The notes below the pieces were generated by a model. It was not told the origin of the DNA, did no database searches, and saw nothing but the letters and a program-made list of their open reading frames with translations. A stretch of 63,952 nucleotides of DNA, counting the filler, from Candidatus Eiseniibacteriota bacterium (GTDB lineage: Bacteria; Orphanbacterota; Orphanbacteria; Orphanbacterales; Orphanbacteraceae), in NCBI GenBank assembly GCA_043809585.1. It is 4 parts of 4 records of this genome, joined end to end, with 100 filler letters (N's around TTAATTAATTAA, not from the genome) between each part and the next. Parts side by side here need not be neighbours in the genome. Positions count along the whole stretch, not along the records: positions 29,552 to 45,967 come from JBDROZ010000034.1; 3 more parts are not named here. One strand, 5' to 3'. A program made the translations under genes and the position numbers. The stretch's first letter is position 1, and each line of letters starts with the position of its first letter. Positions 32,995-41,887 of the stretch are shown piece after piece.

Positions 32995-35727
32995 ATGCCC
33001 CAGTCGTGCGGAACATCCTCTCCCCATCTTGGTTGGCGCTACCTCCTACTCACACTTCTGACCCTGATCGTCACGGCACAACTCGTAGGGAGCCTCTGGA
33101 CGCTCACGAAGATCGCCCGCGGGCTGAATGTCGGCTCCCTGGGAATCAACGGGGCGATCTACGGGACCCTGACCGACTTCCAGTGGATCCGGAGCGAGGG
33201 TGGAGCCCCCGTGACGAATGTGCGATCCCCCTCGACGGCTGAGACCGCGGGGATCCAGAAGGGGGACGTAATTGTCGCGGTGAACGGAGTCACCCTCGTG
33301 GAGCATCCCGAGGCCATGGTCCAGGCCATCATGAACGCGAGGGTGGGGGATTCCCTCGCTCTGCGATGGATGCGGGGAGCGGAAGCGCATGAGGCGTTCG
33401 TGCCCCTCGAACCGCCGAGGAGCAAAGGGGCCTATCTTCGTGCAGGGAAATCGGAGATCCGGATGAGGCCGGGCGCCATGTTTTGGTTGATGTTCGGGCC
33501 GACTGTTCTCCTGGCCGCTCCTTTTCTCTTCGCCGGAGCCCTCATCGGCTTCTTGAGGCCAGGTGTCTCCGTGGCGTTTCAGACAGCGGTCCTCTTTCTC
33601 TGCATCGGAGTCTACTGCTTCCTTGAGGATCTTCCCGGGTTGGCCGTATGGCCCGCTTGGGTGCTGGGTCTCTCCGTCGCGGTCACTCGCCTCTCGCTCT
33701 TCGTCTTTCCCCCTCTCTTTCTGCGGATCATGGCGGTCTTTCCCAACCCTTCGCGGCTGGGAGAGCGCGTTCTCAGGTACCTGTGGGCCCCGAGCCTGCT
33801 TCTTGGGATCGTCGCCCCGGTAGCGGTCCTAGGCGGCATCGCACCGATCTACAGGTGGGCCGACCGATGGACCTCTTTTCTTCCGTGGTTTCGCCGGGAC
33901 ATCAGGCTTGAATCGATCGTTCTCGTCACGATCTGCGTCCCCGGGCTCGCGCTCTGGATCGCGCAGCGGATCGAGGCGAGGGGGAGCGGACGGGCCAAAC
34001 AGCGGCTTCTGGAGTTCGGGCTGCTCACGGCCTTCCTAGGGAGCATCTGGCGTGTGTTTCCCCCGACGGAGCTCATCTGGAAGCTCTTTCATCCTCAAGG
34101 TTCGATCCTCCCGATGGTGGTCCTCTTTCTCCAGTGGTTCGGGTGGATTCTCCTCATCGCCTGCCTCCCGCTCTCCTTCGCGTATGCCGTTCTCGCCCAC
34201 CGGGTCTTCGGCGTCCGCGTCATTCTGAGAAAAGGGGTCCGTTATTTGCTCCTCTCGCGCGGGGTGCTGATCGTGGAGGGCCTACTCCTTTTCTTCATCA
34301 TCGAGGAGACGATCCGGCACGGGCAGAGCCGTCTGGCGGCCTCGATCCCGGCGGTGGCCGGGCTCTCGGCGATTTCCTCCGTCCTCGTCATGACGGGGCT
34401 CGTCTGTGCCAACCGGCCGCTCATGCACCGGATCGACAAACGCTTCTTCCGCGAGAGCTACGACGCGAGGCGCGTCCTCCTCACGCTCGGCGAGGGGATC
34501 TCGCGCCTGCGGGAGAAGAACGAGATCCTGAAGCGCGCCGGCGAGGCGATTGCATCCACGCTGCATCCGTCGCGTGTCGCGATCTTCCTGAAAGAACCGG
34601 AGCGACAAGCGCCCTCGCTCGCGTGGGAATCGGCGTCTCGCGTCCCGCCCCGCGGCGGCCCGGCGGCGAGAGGCTCTTCGGCCCCGACGCATCAACCCGT
34701 CCTTATGCACCTCCTCGTGGGGGGCGCGCCATGGAGCGACATCCCCCACGAAGAGGACGACGCGGGGATGGATTCGGCCCCCGCTTCCTCCGGGCCCTTC
34801 GAGCTTCTCATCGCGATCCGGAGCAGCGCGGGACTCGCCGGCTGCATGGCCCTCGCCGCAAAGCTCTCCGAAGAACCATTTAGCCGCGAGGACAAGGAAC
34901 TCCTCGTCACGGTCGCGGCCCAAATGGGGCTCGCGATCGAGAACGCGGAGCTCCTGGAGGTTGCGAAGCGGGAGGCGGAGCAGGCGAGAGACCTAGCAAT
35001 CGCGCGCCAAGTCCAGCAGAACCTCTTTCCGAAGGAGCTGCCTCGGGCCGAAGGGTGGGAGTTCGCGGCGGTCTGCCGCCCGGCGAAGGCGGTCGGGGGA
35101 GACTACTACGATCTCTTCGCGATCGATGCCGAACACATCGCTCTCGCGCTCGGCGACGTCTCAGGCAAAGGCATCGGCCCATCCATGCTCATGTCGAGCG
35201 CGCACACATTGATCCGGAGCCGATTGCGCCAGAGGGGTACCGGCCTCGCCGACCTCGTCCGCGAGCTAAACGAACATCTGTATGCATCCACTTCCCCGGA
35301 GATGTTCATCACTCTCTTCGTCGGGATCCTCGACCTCCGGACCGCCGAGCTACGCTACGTCAACGCAGGGCACAACCCCCCCCTCGTGTTCGCGGGCCCG
35401 GAGGCGCCGCCTGCCCGGCTCTTCGCGGGCGGCATCATGGTCGGCATCGTGCCCGAAGTCTCCTTCGAAGAGGGAACCCTTTCCATCGCGACAGGAAGTC
35501 TGCTTGCCATCTACAGCGATGGCATCACCGAGGCAATCGATGCCGCAGGCGGGATGTTCGAGGAGGCTCGCCTCATCCGGGTGCTCGATGAAAGCGGACG
35601 TGTCTCCGCCTCCGGAATTCTCGCCTTGGTTCTCGAATCCGTGGACCGATTCTCTTCGGGCTGCGAACAGGCCGACGATATCTCTCTCCTCATTATTCGC
35701 AGACTCGAACCATCGGCGACGATTTGA
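32995..35727 (+). CDS. Membrane sensor Ser/Thr phosphatase: PDZ + multi-TM + GAF + SpoIIE/PP2C
   Basis: PDZ STAETAGIQKGDVIVAVNG; hydrophobic helices; IDKRFFRESYDA linker; GAF KLSEEPFSREDKELL; PP2C VGGDYYD, GDVSGKG, NAGHNPP, SDGITEA, ADDIS. Confidence 0.9.
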   Translation: MPQSCGTSSPHLGWRYLLLTLLTLIVTAQLVGSLWTLTKIARGLNVGSLGINGAIYGTLTDFQWIRSEGGAPVTNVRSPSTAETAGIQKGDVIVAVNGVTLVEHPEAMVQAIMNARVGDSLALRWMRGAEAHEAFVPLEPPRSKGAYLRAGKSEIRMRPGAMFWLMFGPTVLLAAPFLFAGALIGFLRPGVSVAFQTAVLFLCIGVYCFLEDLPGLAVWPAWVLGLSVAVTRLSLFVFPPLFLRIMAVFPNPSRLGERVLRYLWAPSLLLGIVAPVAVLGGIAPIYRWADRWTSFLPWFRRDIRLESIVLVTICVPGLALWIAQRIEARGSGRAKQRLLEFGLLTAFLGSIWRVFPPTELIWKLFHPQGSILPMVVLFLQWFGWILLIACLPLSFAYAVLAHRVFGVRVILRKGVRYLLLSRGVLIVEGLLLFFIIEETIRHGQSRLAASIPAVAGLSAISSVLVMTGLVCANRPLMHRIDKRFFRESYDARRVLLTLGEGISRLREKNEILKRAGEAIASTLHPSRVAIFLKEPERQAPSLAWESASRVPPRGGPAARGSSAPTHQPVLMHLLVGGAPWSDIPHEEDDAGMDSAPASSGPFELLIAIRSSAGLAGCMALAAKLSEEPFSREDKELLVTVAAQMGLAIENAELLEVAKREAEQARDLAIARQVQQNLFPKELPRAEGWEFAAVCRPAKAVGGDYYDLFAIDAEHIALALGDVSGKGIGPSMLMSSAHTLIRSRLRQRGTGLADLVRELNEHLYASTSPEMFITLFVGILDLRTAELRYVNAGHNPPLVFAGPEAPPARLFAGGIMVGIVPEVSFEEGTLSIATGSLLAIYSDGITEAIDAAGGMFEEARLIRVLDESGRVSASGILALVLESVDRFSSGCEQADDISLLIIRRLEPSATI

Positions 35728-35742
35728 GAAGGAGGTCCGATC

Positions 35743-37116
35743 ATGTCGTTCTCGTCTTCATTCTTTCGAGGTCGGGCTCTATGGATTATACTCATCATTT
35801 TTGCACCCTCGACCCTTCGCGCGGCGGACGGTGACATCACTCAATACACGCTCGAGAACGGCCTACGAATCTGTGTCATCGAGAAGCATTCGGTTCCTCT
35901 CGCGTCGGTTCAGGTCTGGTACCACACGGGCGGGCTGAACGAGCGGCCCGGCATCCGCGGCATCTCCCATCTCTTCGAGCACATGATGTTCCGCGGATCC
36001 GAGCATTTCCGGCCGGAGGAGCACTTCCGGAGGATCGGCGAGGTCGGGGGAACGAACAACGCCTACACGGCCCCGGACGTCACTGTCTACACACAGGTCG
36101 TGCCGTGCGATGCGGTCGAGATGGTGGCGGAGTTGGAAGCGGACCGCATGGCGCGACTCGAGCTCGATGAAGGAATCCTCGAGACCGAGGTCGAGGTCGT
36201 GAAGGAGGAGTACCGCGTCAATTACGAGAACGACCCCATGAATCGCCTGATGCTCCAACTTCAGAGGGAGTACTTCGGTGAGCATCCCTACAGCTATGGG
36301 ATCGGCTTCATGGGAGATCTCGACACCGTCTCGGTCGGAACGTGCCTAGCGTATTACAGGGCTCGCTACGCCCCGAACAACGCGGCCCTGATTGTTGTGG
36401 GCGATGTCATCCCTCAACAGATCCGGACGATCGCCGAACACCATTTCGGCCCCATCCCCCCGAGCGACGGCATCACTCCTGATCCCCCCCCACCCCCGGA
36501 GAGCCCGCCGCCTCGGATCGGCGGCAAGGAGGATCTCCCGGTCCCGATCACCGGCCTCGCGTACCGCCTTCCCGCCGCCGGGGACCCGGACATTCCCACC
36601 CTCGAGGTGCTCGCGCGGGTCCTCGGCAACCGGTTGGAGCGACGCCTCACGCGCGAATCGTCCCTCTGCGTCGGGGCCTCGACCGAGACGTATTTCTTCC
36701 GCCAGGCATCGTTGATCGGGTTCATCGGTGCGCACTTCTCGAACGTCTCGCAGACGAAAGTCCGTAGCGCGATCGACGCCGAGATCGCCCGCTTCCTCTC
36801 GGAACCGCTCTCCCCCGAGGAGTTCGAGAGGGCCCGCAATCAGATGTTGCTCGACGAGACGAATCGGCGCGCCAGCGTCGAGGGGATCGCCCAGGACGTC
36901 GGCGAGGCGCTCTTCTTGGCCGGCGACCTCACACGCTTCTCCGATCGGCTAATGACGCTCGAAGCCCTCACGCCGAAGACCGTTGTCGAGACCGCGAAGC
37001 GATACCTGATCGACCGGAACCGGACCGAGATCTTCATCGAGCCGAGGAATCCCTCCTTGTTCCTGAAGATCCTCGGGTGGTGCATCACCACATTTCACAT
37101 CGGAGGTGCCGGATGA
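35743..37116 (+). CDS. M16B zinc peptidase, catalytic subunit (secreted)
   Basis: Signal peptide; LENGL, inverzincin HLFEH, NAYT, EADRM, RYAPNNA; GGAGG RBS. Confidence 0.92.
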   Translation: MSFSSSFFRGRALWIILIIFAPSTLRAADGDITQYTLENGLRICVIEKHSVPLASVQVWYHTGGLNERPGIRGISHLFEHMMFRGSEHFRPEEHFRRIGEVGGTNNAYTAPDVTVYTQVVPCDAVEMVAELEADRMARLELDEGILETEVEVVKEEYRVNYENDPMNRLMLQLQREYFGEHPYSYGIGFMGDLDTVSVGTCLAYYRARYAPNNAALIVVGDVIPQQIRTIAEHHFGPIPPSDGITPDPPPPPESPPPRIGGKEDLPVPITGLAYRLPAAGDPDIPTLEVLARVLGNRLERRLTRESSLCVGASTETYFFRQASLIGFIGAHFSNVSQTKVRSAIDAEIARFLSEPLSPEEFERARNQMLLDETNRRASVEGIAQDVGEALFLAGDLTRFSDRLMTLEALTPKTVVETAKRYLIDRNRTEIFIEPRNPSLFLKILGWCITTFHIGGAG

Positions 37117-38888
37117 TTCGCTGGAGGCTTCCGGCCGCACCCGTCCTTCTTCTTCTCATTCTCGTATCCGCGTCTCGGGCCACGGAGGTCCTCCTCCCTG
37201 AGTTCCTGCAGGAGGAACTCCCGAACGGCATGCGGCTCTTCGTCGCGGAGGAGCACAACACGCCGATCGTCGCTCTTCACATCGTCCTTCCGTGCGGGAC
37301 GGAGCACGATCCGCGCCACAAGAGGGGTCTCACGACTTTCACGGCGCGAATGTGCCTCGCCGGCATCCCCGGCATGGACGGCACCGAGGTCTGGCTCGAG
37401 CTCCAACGACTCGGGGGGACACTGAATAGCTACGCCAGTCACGACCAGACCTTCATCTCCATGAAGTCCTTACCGTCCCATTGGACGGCGGTGCTCGATA
37501 TCCTGGCCGCGAGCATCCAGACGCCGACCTTCCCCGAGAAGGAAATCGCGAGGCGCCAGGGTCAGGGGATCTCTTCCATAAGAAGGGAGCAAGAAGATCC
37601 CGCGGCTCTCGCACGCACGCACGCCTATGACCTCCTTTACGAAGGACCACTGGGAAAGCCGGCGACCGTCGAAGGGGTCTGCTCGATCGGCAGAAAGGAC
37701 CTCATTCGGTTTCACCGCGAGCACTACCAGCCGAATCACGCCGTTCTCATCGTGGTCGGTGATTTCGACGCCGAAGATGCGCTGCGCGCGCTACGAAGCT
37801 CGTTCCAGGGTTGGGCCGCCGGACCGGAACCGCCCCCGGCAAGAGAGTCGCGACTCCGGACGACAGGTCCTCGCGTGCGTCTTGTCCACAAGCCGGGCCT
37901 CACCCAAGCGACAATCCGCTGCGCCAGGCTCGGCCTCAAGTTCAGCGATCCCGACTGGCACGCATTCGGGGTCGCGAACACGGCGCTCGGGGGGTGGTTC
38001 GGATCCCGGATCAACATCAAGCTCCGCGCCGAGGGCGGCAAGACCTACCACGCCCGTTCGTGGAACCAGAGTCAGATCGGCCAGGGCCAGTTTCTCATCG
38101 GGACATATACCCGTAACGAAGAACTCGGCGCCGCGATCGACAGTATCCGGAGCGTGATACGCGGATTCGTGCAAACGGGCATGACGGAGAAAGAACTCGA
38201 GACTGCGCGGAAAATTCGCGTCGGAGGGTATCTCCTCGACTCCGAGACTCCTGACCAGATCACGAATGCGCTCGCCTGGAGGCTCTCGACGGGAAGCTCC
38301 CTCGAAGAGTTTCGGAAGGAGCCCTCGCTCTACGAGGCGGTGACGTTGGAGGAGGCGAACCGTGCGGCGCGCGCCCACATGACGACCGACGAAGCTGTTT
38401 GGGTGATCGTGGCGGACAAGAAGAAGATCGGTTCCGCGCTGAAGGACTTCCGGGACATCGAGACGATCTACTACAAGGAACCGATCGACCCGGGGAACTT
38501 CTTCGCCCGGACGCGGCTCGGGATCGGTCTCACGTGGAACTCGGCCGCAAGGGGGCCGCGCATATCGTTCCTCCACCGGTGGTTCGATCTTCTTGGGACA
38601 TACGGCTTCTCGCGCGGTGGCGACCCTTGGGACTACGATGGTGCCGCGCAGGCCACGCTCGACCTCCATCGCGGCAGCTCGGAGTACTCGGGCGGCTCGC
38701 TTTACCTCGGGGGGACGGGAATGTGGACGAAAAGCGTGCGGGGCATAAGCCCGCACGTGGGCTACCGACTCTTCCCGTACGGACTGGGGAGACACTGGTC
38801 CTTCTCACTCGAGATGGGGGCTTCTTTCTGGGACCGGGACGGTCTTCCCCGATTCTACTGGTCGGTCGGTCTGGATCGGTTCTTCTAG
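37113..38888 (+). CDS. M16B peptidase non-catalytic subunit with C-terminal beta-strand-rich extension
   Basis: ATGA overlap with upstream gene; LPNGM, no HxxEH, HYQPNHA, LGG.F.SR...LR..GGKTY; ~120-aa tail ending FYWSVGLDRFF. Confidence 0.85.
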   Translation: MIRWRLPAAPVLLLLILVSASRATEVLLPEFLQEELPNGMRLFVAEEHNTPIVALHIVLPCGTEHDPRHKRGLTTFTARMCLAGIPGMDGTEVWLELQRLGGTLNSYASHDQTFISMKSLPSHWTAVLDILAASIQTPTFPEKEIARRQGQGISSIRREQEDPAALARTHAYDLLYEGPLGKPATVEGVCSIGRKDLIRFHREHYQPNHAVLIVVGDFDAEDALRALRSSFQGWAAGPEPPPARESRLRTTGPRVRLVHKPGLTQATIRCARLGLKFSDPDWHAFGVANTALGGWFGSRINIKLRAEGGKTYHARSWNQSQIGQGQFLIGTYTRNEELGAAIDSIRSVIRGFVQTGMTEKELETARKIRVGGYLLDSETPDQITNALAWRLSTGSSLEEFRKEPSLYEAVTLEEANRAARAHMTTDEAVWVIVADKKKIGSALKDFRDIETIYYKEPIDPGNFFARTRLGIGLTWNSAARGPRISFLHRWFDLLGTYGFSRGGDPWDYDGAAQATLDLHRGSSEYSGGSLYLGGTGMWTKSVRGISPHVGYRLFPYGLGRHWSFSLEMGASFWDRDGLPRFYWSVGLDRFF

Positions 38889-38900
38889 GAGGAGCGCTTG

Positions 38901-39239
38901 ATGCACGGCAAGAATGCGGTCGGCATTTCGATCGTCGCCTTGCTTCTCTCGCTCGACGTGACTGCCGCCCGCGCCGACCGCGTCTCGATCGCAATCCAGG
39001 CCGGCATGGGACTCGCACGCACTTTGTCCGCTATTTCATCTATCGACGCCGACCGGATTCATACCAAGTTCCTTCCCGTCTTCAGCGGCGGCGCTACGGT
39101 TGATTGGGCCATCCCGGGACAGGAGGCCCTGTCGCTGGAGAGCGGCATTCTCTTTCGGATGAAGGGTGGGCACGTCGACATCGATGACTAAACCGTGACA
39201 GAGGAAGGGATTGCCGCGGAGGGTTCTTTCCGGGTATTA
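38901..39239 (+). pseudogene. Outer-membrane beta-barrel (porin family) gene fragment, with nonsense codon and cut by a TIR element
   Basis: GGAG RBS; signal peptide; GGATVDWAI...LSLESGILFRMKGG; TAA at 39189 and the frame ends at the element edge. Confidence 0.55.
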
Positions 39240-39687
39240 GGGGACGTTGCGAACTTACGGAACTTGTGTTCGCAGCCAGCCCATTTTCCAACCCAATTCA
39301 TCGAGTGCCCTGGGACCCTCGAGTGAGGCCTTGGAGACGCCGCGATCTGAGAAGTTGATCGCGCGGACGACTCCGGCAGCGGTCATGCCCATTTCTCGCA
39401 AGGCGTACCACGCGACCACCCGTCGGACGCGGACGACCTCGGATCGCCTCGAACCGCTCCTGAGCTCGTTCTCCGATATACCCGAACGGCGGCGAGCCTC
39501 TCGAGAAAGTCCACTCGGTCATGGGCGTCCCGAAAGATGCACCGTCTCTCGATTCCTCGGAACCGGACGTGATGCAGACAGCCGGGTGCGTCGAGTCGCG
39601 GTCCCCTCGGCATTGCTCAACTTTCAATCCGGCACCCGGCTGCGCCAATAGCCGTGCCTTGAAGTTCCGTCAGTTCGGAACGTCCCC
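39240..39687 (-). mobile_element. Internally deleted RAYT/Y1 HUH transposase element with 26-bp terminal inverted repeats and flanking TA
   Basis: TIRs 39240-39265 and 39662-39687 (24/26 match); ORF from 39613 MPRGPRLDAPGCLHHVRFRGIERRCIFRD..DRVDFLERL joined to a C-terminal LRSGSRRSEVVRVRRVVAWYALREMG segment. Confidence 0.8.
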
Positions 39688-39847
39688 TACCTCCCAGGAT
39701 ACAAAACACTCACCCCCGAGCAAGAGAAGACAGGGGTTTTTCAGCAGTCTGCCAAAGGCTCTGGCCGGAACAATGCAAGAAGATGGAAAGGCGCCGTATC
39801 GACGAAGTCAATAACGGCGCCCCCCTGCCTGTTTCCCCGGCTACTTG

Positions 39848-41476
39848 CTATCTTCTCTTCAATTCGACCCGGCGATTCGCGGCCTTTCCTTCCGCCGTCG
39901 CGTTATCCGCGATCGGTTCCGATTCTCCATATCCCCTCGCCATGATCCTGGTTGCCGGTATTCCCTTCTCGATCAGGTAGTCCCGCACGGCTTTGGCCCG
40001 CCGGTCCGACAGCCCGAGGTTGTATGTGTCGCTGCCGTCGGAATCACAATGCCCGGCGACTTCAATGTTCACGTCCGGGTGGGTGATCAAACTCGCCGCC
40101 ACACGGTCGAGGATCTCTACGGATTCCCGGAGAAGGACGGCCTTATCGTATTCGAAGTTGACACCCTTGAGGATCACGGGCTTCTCCGGCGTCGGGATGA
40201 ATTCTTCGATAGCCGTTATGGAAATGGTCTTCTGACTGGTGCCTACCTTCGAGTCCGTGACCGTCAGCGTGGCCGTGTAGCTTCCCTCGGTCTGGTACGT
40301 GTGGCTCGGGTTCTGGTCGCTGCTCGTGCCCCCGTCGCCGAAAACCCACTTGTAAGCGATGGTCGGGCACCCTCCGCTCGAGGAACCCTCGAACTTCACC
40401 GTCAACGGAGCCGTCCCGTTCGTGGGATTCCCCGATGCCGTGCTGGTGAGCTGCGGACAGCTGGCGGTGATGGAGACACCGCTCTGAGAGGGAGTCCCCT
40501 TGGAGTCCGTGACCGTCAACGAGGCGTAGTAACTCCCTTCCATCGCATAGGTATGGTGGGGATTCTGGGCGCTGCTGGAACCGCCGTCGCCGAAGTTCCA
40601 GTCGTAGGTGTACTCCGGGCACCCGCCCATGACGGAGCCGTTAAACTGCACCGTCAACGGCGCCGCTCCGCTCGTGGGATTTCCCGACGCCGCAGAAGAC
40701 GATGGCGGGCATCCTTCTCCGCCGAAGTGGTAAGTCAGTCCGGCGAACACTTCCGCGACACCTTTGGGTAGATCCAGTTGACCCGGGTCTGATCCAACGA
40801 TGTCTTGATCGTCGGTGAAGCTGGTAAGAAGATGAGTCAGATAGCGGAACTTGGCTCCCACCTCGAAAGAGAGTGCCTTGGAGGGGAAAAACTCCACCCC
40901 GGTTCCGATCATCGCGTACAGTTCCTGGTCCTTCATTTCGTATGGGTCGCCGCCCAGGTCCGACTGCGGAACCCGCATGCCCACGCGGGCGGGGTCGTCG
41001 AGTGCGACGGCGTCGGACATCAAGGTGGTCCCATCTTTGTCGGTCCATTTCCAGAGGTAAACTCCGGGACCGGCGACAACGTACGGCGACCAACTCTTGT
41101 CTTCCAGGAAATGGTACTCCGCGAACAGTCCGGCCACAAACGCACGCTGGCGCGGGCCGCCATTTATGTTGTCGGTAGATAGCCGGGCCCCGTCCTGCAT
41201 CTTACTCCCCTGGCTCAGGTCGGCCAGGTAGGTCCGCATCAAGCTCCCTTCCACGCCAATGGCGACTCGGGGCGTCACCTCGTACTTCAGGTCGCCGTTG
41301 ACGAGCCAGCCCGGAGTCCAGGCGTCGGAGTGGTCGGTCAAGACGAGCTTATAGGCTCCGCCCTGCAGACCCAATCCCCATCTCCCAGCCGTGTCCGCTC
41401 CTTGCAGCGGACTGACCGACAAAGCCAACGCCGCCCCTACGGTCATCATGCTCACCAAGTAATCTCGCCTCTTCAT
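39848..41476 (-). CDS. OmpA-family outer-membrane protein: beta-barrel + two PKD domains + OmpA C-terminal domain
   Basis: Signal peptide; barrel ending AGLTYHF; two GxAPLTVxF...WxFGDG...QNPxHTY PKD units; GVNFEYDKA, GHCDSDG, LSDRRAKAV, NRRVE. Confidence 0.9.
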   Translation of the reverse strand: MKRRDYLVSMMTVGAALALSVSPLQGADTAGRWGLGLQGGAYKLVLTDHSDAWTPGWLVNGDLKYEVTPRVAIGVEGSLMRTYLADLSQGSKMQDGARLSTDNINGGPRQRAFVAGLFAEYHFLEDKSWSPYVVAGPGVYLWKWTDKDGTTLMSDAVALDDPARVGMRVPQSDLGGDPYEMKDQELYAMIGTGVEFFPSKALSFEVGAKFRYLTHLLTSFTDDQDIVGSDPGQLDLPKGVAEVFAGLTYHFGGEGCPPSSSAASGNPTSGAAPLTVQFNGSVMGGCPEYTYDWNFGDGGSSSAQNPHHTYAMEGSYYASLTVTDSKGTPSQSGVSITASCPQLTSTASGNPTNGTAPLTVKFEGSSSGGCPTIAYKWVFGDGGTSSDQNPSHTYQTEGSYTATLTVTDSKVGTSQKTISITAIEEFIPTPEKPVILKGVNFEYDKAVLLRESVEILDRVAASLITHPDVNIEVAGHCDSDGSDTYNLGLSDRRAKAVRDYLIEKGIPATRIMARGYGESEPIADNATAEGKAANRRVELKRR

Positions 41477-41695
41477 TTCGCACCCTCCCGGTGGTGGTTC
41501 GCAAAGCACCCTTCTTCCCATCCCACTCCTGAAACGTCTGTCCCGAATAGCACGAGCCCGGACCTGCTGCGAAGTCGGGTTTTCGTTAACGAATTCACAC
41601 CGCCCCTTTCGATGTGGCTCGTCCGTCGTTATCCGAATGAAGGCGTTCCCAGAATCGGTTTCATGAATCCCTCCACATGACAACCTACGGTTTGC

Positions 41696-41710
41696 GCAAT
41701 ATGCGTACCA
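41696..41710 (-). promoter_or_regulatory. sigma54 promoter for OmpA-PKD gene
   Basis: Minus strand TGGTACGCATATTGC matches TGGYACGN4TTGC. Confidence 0.65.
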
Positions 41711-41887
41711 CTGGGGCGTCCTCATGTAAGTGTATGAATCGTCGGTCGATAGACAGAAACGGTCCGAAGCAATGGCGACCGGGTGCCATCATAATGATGG
41801 CAAAGACCATCAAGATGGATCTAACCCTCTCCTCGCAAGAACGTCCCGGGGCCGGCAATTCAGGGAAAGGGAGATTCGAATTCGGGC

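Noticed and set aside
39733-39752. GGGGTTTTTCAGCAGTCTGC resembling an IS1182/IS5-type end
   Set aside because: Too short, with no partner end or transposase in view.
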